A stretch of DNA of 63,771 nt, counting the filler, from Reclinomonas americana ATCC 50394 (Eukaryota): assembly GCA_048213135.1 (NCBI GenBank). It is 15 parts of 15 records of this genome, joined end to end, with 100 filler letters (N's around TTAATTAATTAA, not from the genome) between each part and the next. Parts side by side here need not be neighbours in the genome. Positions count along the whole stretch, not along the records: positions 1 to 3,365 come from AFZH01020582.1; positions 3,466 to 5,723 come from AFZH01020584.1; positions 5,824 to 6,909 come from AFZH01020586.1; positions 7,010 to 10,320 come from AFZH01020587.1; positions 10,421 to 14,312 come from AFZH01020588.1; 10 more parts are not named here. One strand, written 5' to 3'. This document shows, piece by piece, positions 1 through 10,447 of this stretch. A program made the translations under genes and the position numbers. The notes under the pieces were generated by a model. It was given only the letters and a program-made list of their open reading frames with translations, ran no database searches and was not told the DNA's origin. Positions within the stretch are counted from its first letter, which is position 1; every line of letters starts with the position of its first letter.

Positions 1-568
1 ATCTTTTGTGTGTTCCTTTTTTGTAAAGTGTGCTGGAGGAGGGAGGGATGCAAGAGAAGAGCGAGTGGAGAGAAAGAGAGGAGAGGGAGAGAGGGGGAGG
101 GGGGAGGGAGGGAGAGAGGAGAGGGGGACCTCGCGAGGGTCATTATATCTTTGTGTGTTCCTGTGTTTGCTTAACTGTGATAGATGAGGGAGGGATGCAA
201 GAGAAGAGCGAGAGGGAGAGAGAGAGAGAGAGAGCAGCGTGAAGAGCAGCGTGAGGGCCACTGTGAGAATTTGTATTGCTGTGTTTGAAGAATGCAATGT
301 GGAATTGGGAGAGAGTGGTTATGAGACTTGTACTCGTGTTGAGCGTTGAGTCTGTCTCGAGTGTTGGGCGAGGAACTGTGCTCTTTGATTGTGCTTGTTC
401 TATGTGTTACGTTTTGACGGCAATCCTCGAAGGCGGTGGAGAGTGTGTGTCTTTCTCTGTTCTCTTCCGAGAGTGTGATGTTTAGTGAGTTGGTGACTGC
501 GCATCTCCCTTTCTTACTTTGTGAGTCTGACCGCTTCTTGCTACACCTTGCGTGTTGCTGCTGTGCAG

Positions 569-1272
569 TCGACAGGACATCGCAGATGCTGGGCTCGTTC
601 GCACCGCGTGCCGAGCCGTACGTCTTTGATTTCCCGCCGGAGGAGGCGCCGACTGGTTTCTTTGCTCGTGGAAGCTACAAGGCCACCACCCAGGTGTGTA
701 TTGGAGAGCGGAGCAGCGAGAGCGTACAAGCGAAGAGCGTACAAGCGAAGAGCGTACAAGCGAAGAGCGTACAAGCGAAGAGCGTACAAGCGAAGAGCGT
801 ACAAGCGAAGAGCGTACAAGCGAAGAGCGTACAAGCGAAGAGCGTACAAGCGAAGAGCGTACAAGCGAAGAGCGTACAAGCGAAGAGCGTACAAGCGAAG
901 AGCGTACAAGCGAAGAGCGTACAAGCGAAGAGCGTACAAGCGAAGAGCGTACAAGCGAAGAGCGTACAAGCGAAGAGCGTACAAGCGAAGAGCGTACAAG
1001 CGAAGAGCGTACAAGCGAAGAGCGTACAAGCGAAGAGCGTAGAAGCGAAGAGCGTGGAAGCGAAGAGCGTGGCAGCGAAGAGCGTAGCAGCGAGAGCGTT
1101 GCAGTGTGACAGAGAGAAGCTCACCCGCTTTTGGTGCAGTTCGTCGACGATGACAAGCAGACGCATCTCGAGTTCTCGTACAAATTTGGTGAGCCGTGTG
1201 ACGCTTCAGTTGTGCGCTCTTTCTTCTGCGTCTCACTCGTGCGCCGCAGACATTGCAAAGGACTGGGAATAG
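569..1272 (+). CDS. RhoGDI: Rho GDP-dissociation inhibitor, 3' part (exons ~569-693, 1140-1188, 1250-1272)
   Basis: Manual GT-AG splicing gives VDRTSQMLGSFAPRAEPYVFDFPPEEAPTGFFARGSYKATTQ/FVDDDKQTHLEFSYKF/DIAKDWE*. This matches the RhoGDI C-terminus (MxGSxxP...EEAPxGxxARGSY...FxDDD...IxKDW). 5' exons lie outside the window. Confidence 0.92.
718..1097. repeat. 15-bp tandem minisatellite (AGCGTACAAGCGAAG)n inside a RhoGDI intron
   Basis: About 21 perfect copies at 721-1035, then a few degenerate copies. It lies within intron 694-1139 and explains the repetitive ORFs in the track. Confidence 0.97.
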
Positions 1273-1496
1273 AGGCAAGCCAATGGCCCTTCCCCACCAC
1301 AACTTCATATGAGGAATACATGTGCATCCATGTCATGAATGTTTCGTGTCCACGTGCGCGGCAGAATTGAGGCAAAGCTGGCTCTTCCCCTTCCCCTTTC
1401 CCCTCCCCGATTCATGCCAAAAACACCCGCCAGGCGGATTACTAAAGAATTTCCCTTTTTCTCTCCGTTCTTCCTCCCTCTCCTCTTTCCCCCCTC

Positions 1497-3318
1497 TCAT
1501 GCCATGTGCAACAGCTCCTCGAGGAACGCCGGCAGAGTCTCCTTGTTCGTTTCCCTCCAGATAATGTTGGCACGAATCTGCGACCGCGCCTGGGCCAGCA
1601 GCTGATCCTGCCCAGAGGCCACATGCGTCTTGAAAAACGCGTCGGCCTCGGCCAGCTGCTCCTCCGTCGAGAAGTAGCGCAGGCAGCGGAAGGCCAGCTG
1701 GCCAATGCGAGCCGACGTGCCGTAGCTGCGGAGACAGAAAGTGAGCTGACGGAAAGAGAGGTGAGGGGGCGGGCCAACAAATACTCACCGCTCGGCAAAC
1801 CACTTCCAGTTGTTCTTGAAGAACTGCCACACCAGCGGACGGCCGTACGGATTGGCATCGACAAAGTAGAAGACGGAGCGGAAGTCTTGGAGGCGGATGT
1901 AGGGCTGCGGAAGAAGGGCAAGATGAGTGATCTCGAATCACACAAGAGAGAGACAAAGAGAGAGAGAGAAAGAGAGGTAATGGCAAAGAGAGCGAGCGCA
2001 AAGCAAAGAGATAGACAGAGAGAGAGAGAGAGACAGAGAGCGAGCAAAAGGCAACCAGAGCGAGCAAAAAGCAAAGACAGCGAGCAAAAAGCAAAGACAG
2101 CGATCGAAAAGCAGAAAGAGCGAGCGAAAGGCAGAGAGAGCGAGCGGAAGGCAGAGAGAGCGAGCGGAAGGCAGAGAGAGCGAGCGACAAAAGGCAGAGA
2201 GAGCGAGCGACAAAAGGCAGAGAGAGCGAGCGACAAAAGGCAGAGAGAGCGAGCGACAAAAGGCAGAGAGAGCGAGAGGCGAAAGGCAGAGAGAGCGAGA
2301 GGAAAAAGGTAGAGAGAGCGAGCAACAGGCACCGAGAACGAGCAACAGGCACCGAGAGCAACCGAGAGCAAGCAAAAGGCACCAAGAGCGAGCAAAAGGC
2401 AACGAGAGCGAGCAAAAGGCAACGAGAGCGAGCAAAAGCCAACGAGAGCGAGCAAACGGCAAATAAAGAGAGAGCGAGAGCTTGACAATAACAGAGACCA
2501 CATTTCTCTCCCACTTTTCCTCCACGCACTCTTCCCTTCCACCGTCCCACTTTCTCCGTCTATTATTGTTCTATCTCCCTCTCCCAATCCCTTCACCCTT
2601 TGCCCCACTCTTCCCCTTATCCCCCTTATCTTCCCCCACATTCGCACCGTGAAAATAAGATCCAACGTAAAGCTCAACCGATCCAACACCGTCGTCGACG
2701 CCATCGCCCGCAAGCACCTCAACCGCTCATTGGCATTATCCACATTCGCCTTGAATCTACACACCACTTTTTGAGCACCCTCGCCTCTCCCCCTCCTTCC
2801 CCTCATCGCGCACCTCTCGAACATGGCATCGAACGCCGCCCGTCCACCGAGCATCACATACGCCATGTACGCCGGATCACGAATCTCCGCCGACAGCGGA
2901 TTGGCCTGCTCGTCGGCAGCAAAGCTGACGTACAGGTCGGAGAGCGTCTGCGCCAAGCCCGGGTAGTTGAAGGTCAAGCCGGCCATCAGCCCGGCCGGAC
3001 GAATCTGCCTCTCCTCCGGTGTGTCCTCCGGCTTCTCCACCACACCGAGATTGTCCAGCATGTGCGCCAGCAAAATCTGCACAAACTTCTCCAGGTCGCC
3101 CTGCACCGGATCGGCGCCGAGCACGCCCTTCATGTAGTACAGGTTGTTGAGGACGCTGGCCCACACCGGCCACGAATCCTCGTTGATGAGGTTGGAGGCG
3201 ACGGACAGGGCCTGTGTGGACGATGGAAAAAGTCAGGGACTTGGATAGGGGGGTAACATAAAGAAGGGAATGCAAAGCGAGAATGCAAGCACAGACAGAC
3301 ACAAGACAATGATAGCGG

Positions 3319-3360
<42 letters not shown>

Positions 3361-5220
3361 GAGAGNNNNNNNNNNNNNNNNNNNNNNNNNNNNNNNNNNN
3401 NNNNNNNNNTTAATTAATTAANNNNNNNNNNNNNNNNNNNNNNNNNNNNNNNNNNNNNNNNNNNNAGAGAGAGAGAGAGCAAGATAAGCATCTCGTGACA
3501 GCAACCCACCGAGCGTGGTGCGCAGCATGTGCAGCATGGCTCCACCACGGTTGTACGAAATGCTGTCGTACAGGTTGGAGATGTCGGCCAGCGTCTGCAG
3601 CAAAGGAGGCATGAGAAGAGAAAAGATAACTGGCAACAGAGGACTGAAAGACGAAACGTTCACATCCGACAGATGCACGCGGGTAGTCGGCGCAGAATTG
3701 TCGATCAGAGCCGGCATGATCTCGTCAGTGAGGAACGAAGCGTACACCTATTTAGGGAAAAAATGAGTGTGAATCAATAGCAGGAAAGGAGAGAATGGTG
3801 CGCAACGTTCTTGCCCGGAATGACACCCTCGGTGCCGACAAAGGCAAAGTACGTGGCGAAGCCCTGGAGAGAAGAGACGATAAGCCACAGGCTGTGAATA
3901 TGTGTGCGTGAAATTATTTCCTCACCTCCTTCAGCCACAGGTGCTGCCACCATTGCTGCGAGAGGGATGAAGAAGTGTGAGCGAAGAATGGCGACACTCG
4001 CTGAGGAGAGTTGCAACTTACCGGCGTGATGAGATCGCCGAACCACTGCGCCAGTCAACAAAGGAAGTGCGAGTGAGTGATGAGATAGCAGGAACGAGAG
4101 ACAGAGAGCGGGAGAGACAGAGAGCGGGAGCGAGAGAAAGAGAGCGGGAGCGAGAGAAAGAGAGCGGAGCGAGAGAAAGAGAGCGGGAGCGAGAGAAAGA
4201 GAGCGGGAGCGAGAGAAGACGAGCGGGAGCGAGAGACAGCGAGCGGGAGCGAGAGACAGCGAGCGGGAGCGAGAGACAGCGAGCGGGAGCGAGAGACAGC
4301 GAGCGGGAGCGAGAGACAGCGAGCGGGAGCGAGAGAAAGAGAGCGGGAGTGAGAGAAAGAGAGCGGGAGCGAGAGAAAGAGAGCGAGAGCGAGAGAAAGA
4401 GAGCGGGAGCGAGAGAAAGAGAGCGGGAGCAAAAGAAAGAGAGCGGGAGCAAAAGAAAGAGAGTGGGAGCGAAAGAAAAAGAGCGGGAGCGAAAGAGAGC
4501 GGGAGCGACAGAAAGAGAGCGAGAAGAAATAAGAAAAAAACAATCACTCGCATTACAGAATACCAGCTACGTGAAACGGGGTAACGCCTCAAGACTGTGA
4601 GCAAAGATAATCCCACACAGCGCAACATGCACTGCGTGCACACAGCGTCATGCCGCAGAGTACCAAACGTGTGGAGCATTTTAGAAACAACAACAACAAG
4701 ACTGTGAAGAATAACACACTTGGCCACTGTTCGCCCATCCACTCAGGTGCACTTTTCTTTCTTTTCCTCATTTCCGATTTGGCCGTCTGTTCGCCCCTAA
4801 GCGCAGGAGCGCCTTCTTTCTTTCCCTCCTCCCTCCCTCCCTTCTCCTTCCCCTTCCCCTATTTCTCACCTGGTGGGCAATCTCGTGACACACAACGTAC
4901 ACGACGTAATCCTTCTCGGCAATCGTCGCCGTGACATTGTTGGCAAGCAGCGCACGATCGCGGAATGTGAGCAGACCCCAGTTCTCCATGGCACCGGCCT
5001 CGAAACTGCGAGGAGAAAATTTAAAGAAGTAAATTTCCCTTCCCCTGAGGCGACAACACACGCAACTCGGGCAGCGCCACCAAATCCATCTTCGGCATCA
5101 TGGAGCTGTACGGCACACCGAGGAACCTGCCGAGGTTCTCGGTGCACTGGGGCGCCACGGAGAGCGCCAGAGCGGCGTCGTGCACCTTGCCGGGCACGGT
5201 CCACACGTTGTACGGGACGC
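1497..5220 (-). CDS. M1-family zinc aminopeptidase (aminopeptidase N/ERAP-like); multi-exon, 5' incomplete, crosses gap 3366-3465
   Basis: Spliced exons give [24 protein letters not shown]...[32 protein letters not shown], i.e. GAMEN plus HExxH(x18)E. Also present: [16 protein letters not shown] and an ERAP1_C-like end ([16 protein letters not shown]...IRANIIW). Stop at 1497-1499. Confidence 0.93.
2036..2460. repeat. GA-rich ~18-22-bp minisatellite (GCAGAGAGAGCGAGCGACAAAAG-like) in an aminopeptidase intron
   Basis: Visible tandem units with drifting sequence. Confidence 0.85.
3366..3465. other. Artificial scaffold gap spacer, first of 14 (3366, 5724, 6910, 10321, 14313, 17919, 20479, 23303, 28789, 37186, 48540, 56740, 60833, 62604; each 100 bp)
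   Basis: Identical N44-TTAATTAATTAA-N44 blocks carrying stops in all six frames. Several genes continue collinearly across them, so contig order appears real. Confidence 0.98.
4095..4525. repeat. 20-bp minisatellite (GAGCGGGAGCGAGAGAAAGA / ...GACAGC)n in an aminopeptidase intron
   Basis: About 20 tandem units. A related unit occurs at 13970-14312. Confidence 0.9.
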
Positions 5221-5614
5221 CTGGGTATGAGGGGAAGAAGGGAGGGAGAAGAAGGATAAGAAGGGAGAAGGAGAGAGAAGCGAAGAGAAAGAAAGACAGA
5301 CAAACACACACACAAAGAGAGCGCACGCGAGGAGAGATATAAGAGAGCGAAGCGAGAGAGAGAGAGAGAAATGTGAAGAGAGAGAGAAGAGAGGGAGAAG
5401 AGAGGGAGGGAGAAGGAGAGAGAAGCGAAGAGAGAGAGGAAAACAGACAGACAGAGAGAGAGAGAGCATGCGAGAGGTAGAGAGAGCGAGCAAAAGAGAG
5501 AGAAAAGCGAAGAGAGAGAGACAGAAAGAAGAGAAAGGAAGACAGACGGGGACACACATAGCAAGAGAGCGCACGCGAGAGAAAGAAAGACAGACGAAGA
5601 CACACAGCGCACGC

Positions 5615-5646
<32 letters not shown>

Positions 5647-6234
5647 AGAGAAAGGAAGACAGACGAAGACACACACGGAAAGAGAGCACACGAGAGAGGG
5701 AGAGAGAGAGAGAGAGAGAGGAGNNNNNNNNNNNNNNNNNNNNNNNNNNNNNNNNNNNNNNNNNNNNTTAATTAATTAANNNNNNNNNNNNNNNNNNNNN
5801 NNNNNNNNNNNNNNNNNNNNNNNGGCGACTGCTGCACTGAGTGCACACAAAGAAGAAAGAACGAAGAAGAAGAAGAGAGACAAGTGCAATGCATCTGTGT
5901 GAGACAGTTTGGAATGCACAGATATGTGTCTTCTCCTCACAAACTGCCTTCTCTCTCTCTGAGTGTGTGTCTCTGTGTGAGTGTGTCTCTCTGTGTGTGT
6001 CTGTGTGTGTGGAAATGTCGAGTGCGTCATATGTGTCTTTCGCAACTTTGGTGTTTCGGCAACATTATCGTCTGCCAGCACGGCAAAGCCGCCTGAACGC
6101 TCCATCTCTCGTTCTTTTGCGCGTTGAGAGAGAGAGGCAGCTGAGTTTGGAAAACGAAAGTGCGTGTGCAAGTGTGGGACAATCAACGTTCACACGCGAC
6201 GTTCGCTTGCAAAACGCGCTAATTGACTCCTTCA

Positions 6235-6800
6235 ACGTGCGGATTTGCAGTAGGCTTTGTGTGAAGAGAGACTGCTTCGTTTCTGTCTCTTGGTGCATCG
6301 GCACGTGATGTCGCCGTGAACAGCCAAATTGGATTGGATTCGAACACGTCTTTTCTTGCGATTGAGGTTCCATCTTGCGGATCTGCAGTGACACTGTGTG
6401 CAGACAGTGCTTGGCTAGTCTCTCTTGGTGCATCTGCATGCAATGCCGCCGTGAAAAGTGACAGCCAAATTGGATTGCATTCGAACACATTCTCGGCTCT
6501 CCTTGCGATTGAGAGTCCAACCTGCGGATCTGCAGGTTACAATGTGTTCAGACAGTGCTTGGCTTGCCTCCCTTGGTGCACCGGCATGCAACGTTGTGGA
6601 GCAGTGAGTGCCAATTTCGATTGGATTCGAACATAGTCTCGGCTTTCCTCGCGATTGGCGGTGCAACCCGCGTGTCTGCAGCTGGGGCAATTCACAACTA
6701 GTGCTTGGCTTGCCATTCCTTTCCTCGAAACAACGCCCGCCATTGCGTCAAAAGGCATTACTAGGAAACAATTCGAAATCGTTTGAAGTCGAACACACCT
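6235..6800. repeat. Degenerate ~140-147-bp tandem repeat, 3-4 copies
   Basis: Recurrent anchors GCGGATCTGCAG-like (~6240, 6377, 6524, 6672), GTGCTTGGCT and ATTGGATT...TTCGAACA. Confidence 0.75.
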
Positions 6801-7619
6801 TTCTGCCTCTCGTCTCTTCGTCCAGCTCGAGCTCCGCAACCTGCATACTATTGAAACCCATTTCTCGTGACGAGCTTTGGTTGCTCTCGCAGAAACGGCA
6901 GCAGGAGACNNNNNNNNNNNNNNNNNNNNNNNNNNNNNNNNNNNNNNNNNNNNTTAATTAATTAANNNNNNNNNNNNNNNNNNNNNNNNNNNNNNNNNNN
7001 NNNNNNNNNCATCTCGATCATTTTTCTCGTTTCTTCAACAATTCAAACACCAAAGCTATCTCTATGACCGGTTGCCGTCCACCATATCCAAAATACATCA
7101 ACGCAAACATCAGCCTTGAGGGCAGCAGCAGATTTTCTTTCAAGCGTACATCACTTGGAGCCTTGTTGCAATTGAACAAACAAACAAAACAATTCATTCA
7201 CCACATTCCAAATGCGATAAACGCCCAAAGAAACAACATCAACAACAACTTTACTAATCCAAACAGCAACACAGCTGCATGATGATCATCATCTTGAGTG
7301 AGCACCAGAAACTCAGACATCACGGAGAAAACGAGAAAAAGTCGAGATGGCTAATATTGGCGTTTCTACAAGAGAAACCACGGCTCATGACAAGCGTGGA
7401 TTTGACGTGCCTTCGCCCTTTTGTCCCTTGACTCGTGCTTTCCTCTCTTTTTACCCAAATGGCCAGACAAGTGGGGGGGAGAGCATAAGACCAGCGAGGC
7501 ACCTGTCGACATCCGTTCATGGAAACGAAAACCAGACCGCGCCGTATTCAATGCATGGAAAAGAATGTCCCGTCTGAGCGCGCGCACGATTGATTATCCA
7601 CTCACTTCCTCACTCACTC

Positions 7620-8781
7620 ATGCGCGCCTCCTTCCTCCTATTCACCATTGCTCTCTCTTGCGCGCTTCTTGTGGTGCTGGCAACCAGTGAATGTGCGCAG
7701 CAACTGAAGACAGCAGAGAGACCTCTCAGCGTATTCGCGCCTGACGGCGCACAGTTGGCGTTGAAGGTGGGCGGGCGTGATGTCACGCTCTTGGTCTCTG
7801 GCGCCACCAACACACATGACGCAGGTGCGCTTTCATGAGTTTGCATTTTGCAGTGCAGCCTCAATGCAGCTGCATGCGCAGTTGCATCACGAGAGGTGCA
7901 CACTCGTACATGCAGACTCACTGCAAGAGAGAGAGAGTGTGTGTGTGTGCGTGAGAGAGTAAGAAAGAGTTGCATCTTCGCATCTTCTTGCGCATTGGCC
8001 CTTCCGGATCCCTCTCACCCTCCTCCCCCTCACCACACGCGCAGTCCTGGCCTACGGCCACGAGCACGGCCTTCTGCACGACTGCCAGACCCTCACGGAG
8101 ATGCACGATGCAGCGGTGCGCGTGCTGCGTAAGCACGAGCGCGACAAGTACATGGCGCAGCATCCGGCGGTGGTGGACACGCGGCCCGAGTCCGAGCTGT
8201 TCAAATACCCCGCATGGACCGCCTTTGACGGCTTTTACCAGCGCTTCCTGGAGGTGGTGCCTGTGGAGACCACGCAGCGCATTCTGGAGATTGGCACCTC
8301 CGAGGGGCGCACAGCGCTGTTCTTCATGAAGAACTCGCCGCCGACAACCACCCTCGACTGCATCGACGATGGCAACAGTTTCGAGACCTTCAAGGTAGCC
8401 CTCGGCCCCTACATTGAGCAGGGCCGCGTCAACTTTATCCGCTCTGCCAGCTTCCCGGCATTGGGGCGCATGGCTACGGCGCAGCCGCCGGTCGAGCCGT
8501 ACGATTTCATCTACGTCGACGGCTGCCACACGGCGATCCGCACACTGGAGGACCTCGTATTGGCGTTCCGCCTGCTGCGCGTCGGCGGCATCATGGCCAT
8601 GGACGACTACCTGTTGCAGGTGGACAAGCCGGAGGTGGAGGCCTTCCACAAGCCAACGCCGGCCATCGACGCCTTCCTCGCGGTGTACGCGGCGGAGGTG
8701 GAGGTGGTGCACAAGGAGTATCAGGTGTGGGTGCGCAAGCTGGCGCCACCGGAGGGGATTTGTGGGTGTCACGCGCTGTGA
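7620..8781 (+). CDS. Class I SAM-dependent methyltransferase (Methyltransf_24-like) with N-terminal signal peptide/anchor; exons 7620-7824, 8045-8781
   Basis: Motifs ILEIGTSEGRT, YDFIYVDGCH and GGIMAMDDY. Hydrophobic N-terminus MRASFLLFTIALSCALLVVLA. The GT-AG intron keeps the frame. Confidence 0.88.
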
Positions 8782-9300
8782 AGAAGGGGATTGGCAGAGA
8801 AGGTGAATTGGCTTTCTCTTGCAATGGTTGGCCGTTGGCAGAGGTATGCACAGTAATGTAGATGTTGTGCGCAAGCAGGTGTTGTTGCTGGTTATCGATA
8901 GACAGCTGCTGGCTGTGATACGACATCAACATGTAGATCTCTTGCGCTGTCGTGCATGAGGTTCGCAGCATGGGTCACTGGCTGTGATCTGCGCTGTCGT
9001 GTACGATGCTCACGCAGCGACGAGACAGGAGCGCGCGTGGCTGTAGTGTACGTGTGATTGGAGAACTGGGAGCCCATGCATTTGCTGGACAGCCTGCTGG
9101 TACGTCGCTTCTTGCGTGGGGACGCGTGGGGTTCACGCGAAGTGGTTGCGGAGATCGACGTCGATCGCCATTGGACGTCTCTCGCGATATTCATGCAGCG
9201 GTGTGGACATAATTGTGACCTCGTGAGCCAGTGTCCTTCCTGCTCATTCGAAGTCGCTCGCACCTGTATCAAGCAGGACTTGTGTGTCACACTGTTTCTC

Positions 9301-10320
9301 ATGCGCGCACCACGCTTCCCCCTTTGCCTTTCTGCCTTCTGCTTCCTCGTGCTGCTCTCTGTCGCACTCGTGGAGGCCAGTGGGCCATGTCAGCCCACAC
9401 AGTTGAAGGAGTCGCCAGTGAGTGTGCAACATGTGGTCGACTCCGACTCCAACACCGATGTCGGCATGAGACTCGGCAAGTGGGTGATTGCGCTCCCTCT
9501 CGCCGGCGTCTCCACCTCATACGACGCAGGTGCTTGACCACCCTCTCACACACATGCTGCACTGACATGTGCTCTGCATGCATGCATGCATGCATCATGA
9601 TCAATCATATCATTCGTTCTGTCCGACTCTCACTGTTTCTCTCTCTGTCACCCGTTTCTCTCCCGCCCCTCACCCTTTTCTGTCTCTTCCCTCCTCCACG
9701 CAGCCCTCGCCTTCTCACGACAAATCGGCCTGCCCACCGACTGCAACACTCTCGACGAGGTGCACGAGGCGGCGTTGCGTGCGGTGCGCAAGCACACCCG
9801 AGCGGCTCTCGTCGCACAATCACCCGCAGTGCCAACACCGCCCGAGTCGGAGCTGTTTTTCGGGCCCGACTGGACGGTGGAGAGTCGCTTCGATGTGCGC
9901 TTCCTGGAGCTGGTGCCGGTGGAGAGCACGCAGCGCATGCTGGAGGTTGGCACGTACCTCGGCCGCACCGCGCTGTTCATGATGAAGAACTCGCCGCCGA
10001 CGGTCGTCCTCGACTGCATCGAGTTTGCGGCGCCGGTGGAGGTGTTTGAGCGCGCACTCCGCCCATACATGGAGCAGGGCCGTGTCAAGTACATTCGCTC
10101 GAGCAGCTTCCACGCCCTCGCTCGCATGGCCACGGCCGAGCCGCCGGTGGAGCCGTACGATTTCATCTTTGTCGACGCCTGCCACATGGCTACGCGCGTG
10201 CTGGAGGACCTCGTGTTGGCGTTCCGCTTGCTGCGGGTCGGCGGCATCATGGCCATTGACGACTATGATTGGCAGGCGCACCGTCCTCCCCACCAGCGAC
10301 CCCAGGCGGCGGTGGATGGG
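9301..10320 (+). CDS. Tandem paralog of the Methyltransf_24-like methyltransferase; exons 9301-9529, 9704->gap; 3' end lost in gap
   Basis: Motifs MLEVGTYLGRT, YDFIFVDACH and GGIMAIDDY. Signal-like N-terminus, and the intron is at the same position (DA/x) as in copy 1. Confidence 0.87.
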
Positions 10321-10447
10321 NNNNNNNNNNNNNNNNNNNNNNNNNNNNNNNNNNNNNNNNNNNNTTAATTAATTAANNNNNNNNNNNNNNNNNNNNNNNN
10401 NNNNNNNNNNNNNNNNNNNNCCCATCCCATTCCCATTCCCATTCCCT

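Noticed and set aside
718..1097. Possible CRISPR array or repetitive protein (SVQAK/RRAYK/ERTSE ORFs)
   Set aside because: There are no spacers, and the array lies inside a GT-AG intron whose removal restores RhoGDI.
1333..5700. Long Ser/Leu- or Arg/Glu-rich ORFs here and at 14797-16434, 20748-21461, 22196-23270, 25467-26942, 60373-60888
   Set aside because: Translations of GA/CT, CA or GGA simple repeats in introns, or antisense shadows of real exons.
8800..9290. Short ORFs between the methyltransferase paralogs
   Set aside because: No motifs, splice pattern or paralogy; probably intergenic.
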